From Desulfobulbus propionicus DSM 2032 (GTDB lineage Bacteria > Desulfobacterota > Desulfobulbia > Desulfobulbales > Desulfobulbaceae), in NCBI RefSeq assembly GCF_000186885.1, contig NC_014972.1, positions 1,350,001-1,382,000 of the forward strand: a stretch of 32,000 bases of DNA, written 5' to 3'. A program made the translations under genes and the position numbers. Below are positions 23,983 through 31,875 of the stretch, one piece after another. Position 1 is the stretch's first letter. Each line of letters starts with the position of its first letter. Under the pieces are notes generated by a model. The model saw nothing but the letters and a program-made list of their open reading frames with translations, was not told the DNA's origin and made no database searches.

Positions 23983-25170
23983 ATGAATTTTGAATTTCAC
24001 AATCCCACCCATCTGATCTTTGGCGCAGGCGTGCTTTCGCGACTGGGGGAGGTGGTCGGCAGGCATGGCAAAAAAGCCTTGCTGGTCACCGGCGGCGGCA
24101 GCGTCAAACGCAGCGGCACCTTCGACCGGGCCGTGGCAAGCCTCAAGGCTGCCGGGGTTGCCTGGGTCGAATGCGACGGTGTCGAGCCCAACCCGCGAAT
24201 ATCCACCGTCAGGCGTGGTGCCCAGATCGCCCGTGACGAACACTGCGATGTGATTATTGCCCTGGGAGGCGGCAGCACCATGGACGCCTCCAAGGTCATG
24301 GCCGCCGCCTTCTATTATGACGGCGATCCCTGGGACATGATTCTGCACGGTCAGCCCACTCCGCATATCCCGACCCGCGCCCTGCCGCTCATCACCGTGC
24401 CGACGCTCGCGGCCACCGGTTCCGAGATGAACATGGGGGCGGTGATCTCCAACGAGGCAACCAAGGAGAAGTCCTTTGTCCAGGCTAAATGTCTGTACCC
24501 CAGGGTGGCGCTGGTGGACCCCGAACTGACGAAGAGCGTGCCCAGGGATCAGACCGCCTACGGGGTGTGCGACCTGATCACCCATGTGACCGAAGCCTAT
24601 TTCAACGGCGTTGACGACACCCCCATTCAGGACCGGTTCGCCGAAGGCGTCATCCTCACGGCCATGGAGTGGGGCCCCAAGGCCCTTGCCGATGGCAATG
24701 ATCTGGAGGCCCGCGCGCAGGTGCAATGGGCCTCCATCGTCGCCCTCAACGGCTGGGTGAACGCGGGCACCAATGGGGGCTACCCGGTACACATGATCGA
24801 GCATACCCTGTCCGCCTATCACGACATCACCCACGCGGCTGGCCTGGCCGTGGTCAATCCTTCCTGGATGCGGTTTGCCGCCCGGCATAGGCCGCACAAG
24901 TTCGTCCAGTTCGCCGAGCGCATTTTCGGCCTCACGGCCAAAGATCCCGCGGACCTGGAGTGCGCCCTTGAGGGCATTGATCGTTTTGAAAGTTTTCTTA
25001 AAGAGATCGGTTGTCCCACGCGGCTGGCCGAGCTGCAGATCGATGACGGCCTGCTCACTCGGTATGCCCAGGATACCTTGCGTGTTATCCACGACGCGAA
25101 CGGCAACCTGCCGGGGCGTCCGGCAATGACCGAGGCGGACATTGTCGCGGTACTCAAGGCCGCCCTGTAA
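23983..25170 (+). CDS. yqhD: Iron-containing (group III) alcohol dehydrogenase / NADPH aldehyde reductase, YqhD-like (395 aa)
   Basis: Sits within ORF 23761..25170. I place the start at ATG 23983, preceded by AGGAGG. Segments closely parallel E. coli YqhD as I recall it: TGGGSVKRSG (YGGGSVKKTG), GVEPNP, ALGGGSTMDASK, TLAATGSEMN, IQDRFAEGVILTAMEWGPKAL (IQDRFAEGILLTLIEDGPKAL). Confidence 0.9.
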   Translation: MNFEFHNPTHLIFGAGVLSRLGEVVGRHGKKALLVTGGGSVKRSGTFDRAVASLKAAGVAWVECDGVEPNPRISTVRRGAQIARDEHCDVIIALGGGSTMDASKVMAAAFYYDGDPWDMILHGQPTPHIPTRALPLITVPTLAATGSEMNMGAVISNEATKEKSFVQAKCLYPRVALVDPELTKSVPRDQTAYGVCDLITHVTEAYFNGVDDTPIQDRFAEGVILTAMEWGPKALADGNDLEARAQVQWASIVALNGWVNAGTNGGYPVHMIEHTLSAYHDITHAAGLAVVNPSWMRFAARHRPHKFVQFAERIFGLTAKDPADLECALEGIDRFESFLKEIGCPTRLAELQIDDGLLTRYAQDTLRVIHDANGNLPGRPAMTEADIVAVLKAAL

Positions 25171-25310
25171 GGGCCTTGCTCGGCGGTTTCTCGCCCGGAG
25201 GGGAAAATGGAGTACAACGAATTCATGCCACCGGTCAAGCGGCGCGAACCGATTGCCGGCGACACTTCCCGATGATGTGGTTGTCCACCCAAGCAGGAGA
25301 GGCGCATTCG

Positions 25311-25397
25311 ATGATCATTGCAGGAAACGGCTCACAGGCGAGCATCAAGGGACCAGCGGCTTGGTTTTCCGGCACAATGCGCAACGTCACACACTGA
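25311..25397 (+). pseudogene. Remnant of a cupin-domain gene (28 codons, N-terminal part only)
   Basis: AGGAGA RBS 11 nt upstream of ATG 25311. MIIAGNGSQASIKGPAAWFSGTMRNVTH* matches my recollection of the N-terminus of a widespread cupin_2 family (..GSQPS.KGP..WFTGTVRIDPLF..). It then terminates. No frame downstream continues the cupin barrel. Confidence 0.45.
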
Positions 25398-25507
25398 AAG
25401 GAGGGCTGAACATGCAGATCCCATGCAGCGTGAGTTGTCTTGAAGGTCTGGCCAGGACGGACAGGAGGTCGCGGGAGCGCTGAACGCATCAACGGCCCTT
25501 GCCTGGA

Positions 25508-28381
25508 TCAGGCGAGGGCCTCCCTGATCTTGACGGACAACTCCTTGGATGAAAAAGGTTTATTCAGAAAGTGTATCCCTGCGTCGAGCACGCCGTGATG
25601 GGCAATGACGTTGGCGGTATAACCGGACATGTACAGCACTTTGAGGCCGGGATGCCGCGCAAGGAGCCGGCTGGATAATTCACGGCCATTCATCTCCGGC
25701 ATGATGACATCGGTCAGCAACAGATCAATGGCACCTGGTTGCTGATCGACAATTCGCAGTGCCTCAAGCGGACCATTCGCCGCCAACACGCTGTAACCAA
25801 GCCGATGAAGCATGGTCAGACACATATCGAGCAGGGAGGGATCGTCTTCCACCAAGAGAATGGTTTCGCCCTTGCTGTTTTCCCGCGCATCCTCGTGTTC
25901 CTCCCTGTCAATGGTTTCGCTCTCGGTGTATTGGGGCAGGTAGATTCTGAACGTGGTGCCTTGGCCGGGTTCGCTGTACACGTTGATGAACCCGTGGTTT
26001 TGCTTGACGATGCCATAGACGGTCGCCAGACCGAGACCGGTCCCTTGGCCGACACCCTTGGTGGTGTAAAACGGCTCAAAAATCTTCTCCATGACCGCCG
26101 GTTCCATGCCACAGCCATTGTCGCTCACCGAAAGCACCACATACTCGCCGGCAGCGAATCCAGCGTTTTGGGTGCAATATTCGGCATCCACGGTAACAGC
26201 CCTGGTTTCGATGGTCATGGAACCAACGCCGTCAATCGCATCGCGGGCATTGACGCATAAGTTGATCAACACCTGGTCGATCTGGGCTGGATCAATATGC
26301 ACCAGCGGCAGCAACGGCGCTGGCATCCAGGCAAGATGGATGTTTTCGCCGATCAGCCGCTGCAACATTTTCACCAATCCGCCCACGGCGATGTTGAGGT
26401 CAAGCACCTTGGGTGCGATGGTTTGCTGTCTGGAAAAAGCTAACAATTGCCTGATGATATCGGCGGAACGCTGGCCAGCTTCCCGGATTTTCTGCAGATG
26501 CCCATACAGCGGCGAGTCGGCCCGCGTCTGCTCCATGGCGATTTCGGTGTACCCGAGGATAACGGAGAGGATGTTGTTGAAATCATGGGCCACACCACCA
26601 GTCAGCCGTCCGACGGAATCCATTTTCTGGGCCTGAACGAGCTGCCCCTGCAACTTTTCCCTTTCCTGTTCAGCGTGTTTGCGCTCCGAAATATCCAAGG
26701 CGGAAAAGGTCACTCCGGCGGACAAATTTTTTGCGTCGAGAGGCGAGGAGCTGAGGAGTACATCGATGCACGTTCCGTCCTTGCATAGCCATCGGGTTTC
26801 CACCGTCCCTATGTTCTTCTGCTGAATCTGCAAATACTTCTCTGTGCCGACAAAGGTAAAATCCTCGTCGGTGGGGTACAGCATCCGGCTGTTTTGGCCA
26901 AGCAGTTCGTCGCGGCTGTAACCGGTCATGGCGCAGAGATGGTCGTTGACAAGGATAAAAACCCGGTCGACGACCACGCCAATACCGACGGGAGCCGCAC
27001 GAAAAATGCTGCCGAGATACTCTTGGCTGGCCCGAAGGTCTCTTTCCGCCTGTTTTTGGGCGGTGACATCGTGGACAATGGAGTGGAGGATCGATTTACC
27101 GTGCACCTCGATACTGCTGCTGAAGACCTCCACATCCCGGACCGACCCGTCGGCCATCCGGTGACGGAACTCGAAATGGACGCGTTGGCTGCTGCGCGCT
27201 TTTTCCATTTCTTGGCTGATCTCGTCCGACGCCAACCTGTTGATGTCCTGAATACGCATTTCTTTGAGCTGTTGGCGCGACCATCCGTAAAAATGTTCGG
27301 CGGCCTCGTTTGCTTCGAGAATAGCGCCGCTGTCAGGATCGATAAGGAGTTTGACCGCAGCATGGTGCTCAAAGATATTTCTGAACAGTGACTCGCTCTT
27401 ACGCAATTGTTCACGCGTTTCGTATTCAGGGGTGACATCGCGGAAAACCAGGACGACCCCCGTCAGTTTGCCCTCGGCGTCATGCATGGGGGCGGCATTT
27501 TCCGAGATGTGATACTCGGCGCCACCGCGCCCGACAAGGAGAGTATGGTTGGTGAGCAGGACAGGCTTGCCACTCTCCAAGACACGCTCAACCGGATCGA
27601 GGAGCTGTTCGTGACTCTCTTGATCAACGACACGCACCACCTCGGCGAGCCTTTTATTGTGGGCCTCGAAACTGCTCCAGCCGGTGAGCGTTTCCGCCAC
27701 GGGGTTCATGTAGCGGATTTGTCCCCTGACATCGGTGGAGATCACGGCATCCTGGATAGAGCGCAAGGTGGTATCCAGTTGCTCTCTGGCCTGCTGCAGG
27801 CTGTCGATGAATTGGAGCTTAAATTCCTGATCAAGCAGGATTTTGCCGACCAGAATAGTTGCCAAAGGATAGAGGACGAGCACGGGGAGGCCGATGCTCC
27901 GAATGGTGGCCAACGCCTTGTCCAAGGGGAGCGAGAAGGCCATTGCCAGCATGGCCAGGTGGACAATGATTCCAAAAACATACAAGTGCAGGACCGTTGA
28001 CAGGCGTCCATTGACACGAAAAAACCGATAGCCCGCCAGACCAACAGCCGTTGAGGAAAGGATGGTCAGCATGCCCATGACCGTGCCGGACCCGCCCATT
28101 GCCAACCGGCATGCCAAGGGCGGCAAGCAACTTGTCGCTGCGGCCAATGGGCCATAGAAGAGGGCGCAAATACTCAACATGACCGAGCGGCCGTCAAAAA
28201 ACAAGCCGGGTTCCAGTTGGAGCGGACGGTACATGCCGATTACGGCCACTCCGCCAAACAGTATTCCCTGGGCCACCATGCCGAGTCGGGTGTGACGCGA
28301 CCAACGCTGTTCGATGAAACCGGAAACAACACTGAGAGCGATCAGCAGGGCCAGATTCAAGATCAGGTCGAGATACGCCAT
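25508..28381 (-). CDS. Hybrid sensor histidine kinase with 5TMR-LYT membrane sensor, three PAS domains, HisKA, HATPase_c and receiver (957 aa)
   Basis: N-terminal multi-TM region with the 5TMR-LYT-like pattern GMYRPLQLEPGLFFDGRSVMLSICALFYGPLAA. PAS ends FRDVTPEYETREQLRKSE, VHDVTAQKQAERDL, ALDISERKHAEQE. H-box GGVAHDFNNIL. G boxes DNGCGM and GTGLGLATVYGIV. Receiver ILLVEDDPSLL...LLLTDVIMP. Confidence 0.9.
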   Translation of the reverse strand: MAYLDLILNLALLIALSVVSGFIEQRWSRHTRLGMVAQGILFGGVAVIGMYRPLQLEPGLFFDGRSVMLSICALFYGPLAAATSCLPPLACRLAMGGSGTVMGMLTILSSTAVGLAGYRFFRVNGRLSTVLHLYVFGIIVHLAMLAMAFSLPLDKALATIRSIGLPVLVLYPLATILVGKILLDQEFKLQFIDSLQQAREQLDTTLRSIQDAVISTDVRGQIRYMNPVAETLTGWSSFEAHNKRLAEVVRVVDQESHEQLLDPVERVLESGKPVLLTNHTLLVGRGGAEYHISENAAPMHDAEGKLTGVVLVFRDVTPEYETREQLRKSESLFRNIFEHHAAVKLLIDPDSGAILEANEAAEHFYGWSRQQLKEMRIQDINRLASDEISQEMEKARSSQRVHFEFRHRMADGSVRDVEVFSSSIEVHGKSILHSIVHDVTAQKQAERDLRASQEYLGSIFRAAPVGIGVVVDRVFILVNDHLCAMTGYSRDELLGQNSRMLYPTDEDFTFVGTEKYLQIQQKNIGTVETRWLCKDGTCIDVLLSSSPLDAKNLSAGVTFSALDISERKHAEQEREKLQGQLVQAQKMDSVGRLTGGVAHDFNNILSVILGYTEIAMEQTRADSPLYGHLQKIREAGQRSADIIRQLLAFSRQQTIAPKVLDLNIAVGGLVKMLQRLIGENIHLAWMPAPLLPLVHIDPAQIDQVLINLCVNARDAIDGVGSMTIETRAVTVDAEYCTQNAGFAAGEYVVLSVSDNGCGMEPAVMEKIFEPFYTTKGVGQGTGLGLATVYGIVKQNHGFINVYSEPGQGTTFRIYLPQYTESETIDREEHEDARENSKGETILLVEDDPSLLDMCLTMLHRLGYSVLAANGPLEALRIVDQQPGAIDLLLTDVIMPEMNGRELSSRLLARHPGLKVLYMSGYTANVIAHHGVLDAGIHFLNKPFSSKELSVKIREALA

Positions 28382-28767
28382 GATTGGGAATTGTTATTAT
28401 TTGATAATGGATGGTTGCGCGGGAGAAGCCCCACAGGCCGATATCGCAGACGACAAATATGCAATTCATATACAGGGTTGCTGTTGACAAGGCAATCGCA
28501 GAGAGAGCCGCGCATGATGAAACAGAACATATAGGGCAAACGGGGATGGAAAAGCACCGATCAGGACACGAATGAGCAGCTGGGGGCAACGATTGACCAA
28601 TCGCTCACCAAAACCTACTCTAATCCGAATACAAGCCAGCTATGCTGGTGGCGCCGATGGTGCAGGCCAGCACAACTTCATGGCCACATCGGATCCCATG
28701 ACCTCGATGATTTCCAATGGTATTTCAACCGCGAAGTGCAAAAAAGAACAGGAAGGGAGACCGAATC

Positions 28768-30003
28768 ATGCCTGGACGCGATGACCGCAAGACCACCATC
28801 CTTTTTCTCTGTACCGGGAACTCCTGCCGCAGCCAAATGGCCGAAGGCTGGGCCAGGCACCTGCACGCTGCTGTTTATGCGCCCTATTCCGCCGGGGTGG
28901 TCAAGCATGGGCTCAATCCGTATGCCGTCCGGGTCATGGCGGAGGCCGGGGTGGATATCGGCAACCAGCAGTCCACGTTGATCGAGGAGTTGCCCTTGCA
29001 CACCTTTGATTACGTGGTGACACTCTGCGACCATGCCCGCGAAACCTGTCCCTATTTCCCCGGCAAGATCGTCCATCGAGGATTTGCCGATCCTCCCGAA
29101 CTGGCGAAAGCGGCAACAACGGAAGAGGGCGTCCTCCAGGCCTACCGGACCGTGCGCGATCAAATTCGCCTGTTCATCCAGTCATTGCCCGAGATTCTCG
29201 AAGGACGAGCGGGTTTCTCCGCATCCCGCCGCCAATACCGAATGCTCGATATAGCGTCGACGCTTGGCCGGCTTGAGTTGGGCGGTGTCCACCACCACCA
29301 GGCCATCGACGCAATCGCCGAAGGCCCGGTCGATGTTGAAGTCAAGAAAGACCACCCCGCCGGGCTGGCAGAGTTCGGTGTACTGTTTGTAGAGCGTGGG
29401 GATCGAGGTGCCCATGGTCGCCAGCAGCGATTTCAGGTGGATGAGGTCCTGCTGGTAGTTGTCGCCACGGAACGAGCGGGCCAGATCGGTGACCGGCAGG
29501 GAGAAACGGAAGGGGTGGCGCGAGCAGGCCTGGCTGCCGCTGCCGCTGAAATAGAGTTTATAGAAAAAGATCAGCAGTTCCCTGGCTGTCTGCGGCATGG
29601 CGTTGCTGATGCTCACCGGGCCGAACAGGTACCGGTACCCCGGATTCTTGCGAAGAAAAGCGCCGATGCCGTACCAGAGATAATCGAGGCCGCGTTTCCC
29701 CCAATAGCGCTGCTGGACGAAACTGCGGCCCAGTTCCAGGCCGCCGTCGAGGTAGGGAAAATGGGTCCGATCAAACTGAAAAAGGCTGTGGCTGTACAAT
29801 CCTTCATGGCCTCGCTCCCGGACCACCGCCCCGGCATCGGCCAGCCGATAGGCGCCGACAATTTCCAGGTCTTCCTCCGACCACAGCACCAGATGACGAT
29901 AATAACGGTCAAATGCGTCCATATCCAGCCGCTTGCCCGACCCCTCACCGACCGCGCGGAAGGTGATTTCCCGCAGCCGGGCGATCTCCCGCAGCACCGG
30001 TGA
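28768..30003 (+). CDS. arsC: Thioredoxin-coupled arsenate reductase (LMW-PTP-type ArsC) core of about 145 aa. The ORF has no stop until 30003
   Basis: Sits within ORF 28717..30003. I place the start at ATG 28768, preceded by GGAAGGGAGA. P-loop LCTGNSCRS (CX5R) and the Cys pair in VTLCDHARETCP, as in B. subtilis ArsC. Similarity to ArsC ends near ...RDQIRLFIQSLPEILEGR (about nt 29200). The remaining roughly 265 codons are the in-register antisense of the convergent acyltransferase gene. The true 3' end is therefore uncertain. Confidence 0.7.
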   Translation: MPGRDDRKTTILFLCTGNSCRSQMAEGWARHLHAAVYAPYSAGVVKHGLNPYAVRVMAEAGVDIGNQQSTLIEELPLHTFDYVVTLCDHARETCPYFPGKIVHRGFADPPELAKAATTEEGVLQAYRTVRDQIRLFIQSLPEILEGRAGFSASRRQYRMLDIASTLGRLELGGVHHHQAIDAIAEGPVDVEVKKDHPAGLAEFGVLFVERGDRGAHGRQQRFQVDEVLLVVVATERAGQIGDRQGETEGVARAGLAAAAAEIEFIEKDQQFPGCLRHGVADAHRAEQVPVPRILAKKSADAVPEIIEAAFPPIALLDETAAQFQAAVEVGKMGPIKLKKAVAVQSFMASLPDHRPGIGQPIGADNFQVFLRPQHQMTIITVKCVHIQPLARPLTDRAEGDFPQPGDLPQHR

Positions 30004-30945
30004 TTGCTCGTCACCGGCGAACAAATAGATGCTTTTGCCGTCCGGCGTCGTTCCCAGCAGTTCACCGGCCTGAACGTTCTTCTTCAACACCACCCGCCGT
30101 TCAGGGCGGGCTATGGCCGATTCGGCGGGCAGGATCGGCCTCTTGCCCGCACCGATGCGGTAGAGGTGCTTGCGGAACAGGGCAACCTTATCCTTGTCCC
30201 GGAGCTTGAGGTTAGTGTAGGCGGCATGGGGAATCAGACCGCCGATGGTCAGCTTGAGCGGTTGACGGCGCTGCTGGAACATCTCGCCAATCAACATCAG
30301 GGTCGACAGCGGCTTGAACAGCATCGAAGCCGAGTAAAAGGCGAGCGAGTTGCGGGCACGGACATGGATGGGCAGGATCGGCGCCTTGGCGCGGGCCGCC
30401 AGGCGGAGAAACCCTTTGCGCCAGGGGCCATCCTGAATGCCCTTGGGGGACAGGCGCGACACCTCTCCGGCCGGAAAGATGATCACCGCTTCCTCGTTGG
30501 CCAGGGAACGCTCAATGTGACCGATCTGCTCCTTGCGGGTCACGCCGGTCATCACCCTGACCGACAGCAAGCAGGGACGAAGCGGCGTGATTGCCTCCAA
30601 CAGGTCGTTGGCGACAATGCGGACATCGGGACGGCAGTCATGCACCAACTTGAGCAGAGCCAGGCCATCCAAGGTGCCGATGGGGTGATTGGCGATGATC
30701 ATGACCCGTCCGCTAGCCGGAATATGCTCCCGTTCGCGTTCGGCAACCGTATAGGTGCACTGCAGGGATTCCAACACCTGCTCGACAAAATCCATGCCGC
30801 GCAAATGGGGGTACTGCTCGGCAAAACGGACAAAGCGATCCTCGTGGAGAAGACGGCGAAGCACGCTGCGGAGCGGCGAGGAGAGGAGGGGCCGGGCAGC
30901 CAGACCAGGAGAATACCGGGTGAGCAGGGCATCAACGGTGAACAT
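29182..30945 (-). CDS. Bifunctional acyltransferase, OlsF-like: N-terminal PlsC-type O-acyltransferase plus C-terminal OlsB/GNAT-type N-acyltransferase (587 aa)
   Basis: Sits within ORF 29182..31215. I place the start at ATG 30945 (MFTVDALLTRY), preceded by GGAG. The N-terminal half has the acyltransferase motifs IIANHPIGTLDG and IIFPAGEVSR. The C-terminal half matches the COG3176/OlsB-like pattern LREITFRAVGEGSGKRLDMDAFDRYYRHLVLW...IVGAYRL. Confidence 0.8.
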   Translation of the reverse strand: MFTVDALLTRYSPGLAARPLLSSPLRSVLRRLLHEDRFVRFAEQYPHLRGMDFVEQVLESLQCTYTVAEREREHIPASGRVMIIANHPIGTLDGLALLKLVHDCRPDVRIVANDLLEAITPLRPCLLSVRVMTGVTRKEQIGHIERSLANEEAVIIFPAGEVSRLSPKGIQDGPWRKGFLRLAARAKAPILPIHVRARNSLAFYSASMLFKPLSTLMLIGEMFQQRRQPLKLTIGGLIPHAAYTNLKLRDKDKVALFRKHLYRIGAGKRPILPAESAIARPERRVVLKKNVQAGELLGTTPDGKSIYLFAGDEQSPVLREIARLREITFRAVGEGSGKRLDMDAFDRYYRHLVLWSEEDLEIVGAYRLADAGAVVRERGHEGLYSHSLFQFDRTHFPYLDGGLELGRSFVQQRYWGKRGLDYLWYGIGAFLRKNPGYRYLFGPVSISNAMPQTARELLIFFYKLYFSGSGSQACSRHPFRFSLPVTDLARSFRGDNYQQDLIHLKSLLATMGTSIPTLYKQYTELCQPGGVVFLDFNIDRAFGDCVDGLVVVDTAQLKPAKRRRYIEHSVLAAGCGETRSSFENLGQ

Positions 30946-30994
30946 GGATGTTCTCCAAAAGGGGGGTGATGAAGAGAAACCTGTCTCGGTTGTC

Positions 30995-31762
30995 TCAGGC
31001 GAAGGACCGATGCTCCCGGTACCCCAGCCACTGCTCGCGGAAGGACAACGGGAAGGCGGGCCGGTTGCTCTTTGTAGCCCTGAGCGGCTCCACATCGAAC
31101 TCCAGAGTGATCCCGGGCAGGTCCGAAGGACACGCGGCGACGCTGACCCTTGCAATCGGCGCGAACCGGGCGTGCAGCAGGCAGAGCATGCCGCCTGGGG
31201 CGTCCTCCTGGACATGGTGGGTGGCGTAGCGGGAGGGGGCGGTCAACACCTGCCACTCCTTGGCATGTAGGGCGGCGGCGCGATCGGCGCACAGGGCCAC
31301 CGCGCCGTACGGCTCCCGAAGCAAGGGGTGGGTGAACAGGGCGGCCAGCTGCATGTTCCGGATCAAAGCCACCGAGGCGAGATGGACATTGAGCACGAGG
31401 ACCGAGGCGTTGCGTTTGCGAATCAGGGCAAACTGGACGGTGGTCGTCTCTTGGCGGGTACCGATGGCAAAGCTGCCGCTGTTCAAGACCCAGATTCCGC
31501 TGGCGGTCAACAGGGCCAGGCCTCGGGCGACACCTTCCTGTTCCGAATGGCAGCGTGCTGTCGCAAAGCAGCTGCGGGTCAACCCGAGTCGGCCTGCCAA
31601 CAGGGTGCTGGCGGGCGCCCGGCCATCAGCGCCATGGACAAGCGATTGGCAGCACAACAGGTCGATTGTGTAGCGGTCGTCCAGAGTCGTCTTGGCATCG
31701 AACTCTTTCAAAAGTGCGTCAGCGTGCGTTGCATCCAGGTTTATCATTCGGAACATGATCAT
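30995..31762 (-). CDS. Hypothetical protein with a degenerate endonuclease/exonuclease/phosphatase (EEP)-like motif pattern (about 255 aa)
   Basis: Sits within ORF 30995..31849. I prefer start ATG 31762 (MIMFRMINLD); nearby Met codons are possible. Motif echoes: IDLLCCQS, GLALLTASG, VLVLNVHL, ALCADRAA, PSDLPGITLEF. It ends 49 nt upstream of the OlsF-like gene, so an operon is likely. The family call is tentative. Confidence 0.6.
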   Translation of the reverse strand: MIMFRMINLDATHADALLKEFDAKTTLDDRYTIDLLCCQSLVHGADGRAPASTLLAGRLGLTRSCFATARCHSEQEGVARGLALLTASGIWVLNSGSFAIGTRQETTTVQFALIRKRNASVLVLNVHLASVALIRNMQLAALFTHPLLREPYGAVALCADRAAALHAKEWQVLTAPSRYATHHVQEDAPGGMLCLLHARFAPIARVSVAACPSDLPGITLEFDVEPLRATKSNRPAFPLSFREQWLGYREHRSFA

Positions 31763-31875
31763 CTCTCGTGGCAAAGGGCTGTCAAACCGGCATGTTCTGG
31801 CGCGGACCGCGCTCCATGCCGGGGTGAAACGCCTGTCTTGTACCCCCACACTGTTGGTTTTTGGTCAGCGTACCA

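Noticed and set aside
28382-28767. Short palindromes in the arsC upstream region as possible ArsR-type operators. They are ATATG-CAATT-CATAT near 28455 and CGATTG-AC-CAATCG near 28591.
   Set aside because: The arms are only 5-6 nt. No arsR gene is in the window, and there is no match to a known operator that I can recall. They could arise by chance in an AT-richer spacer.
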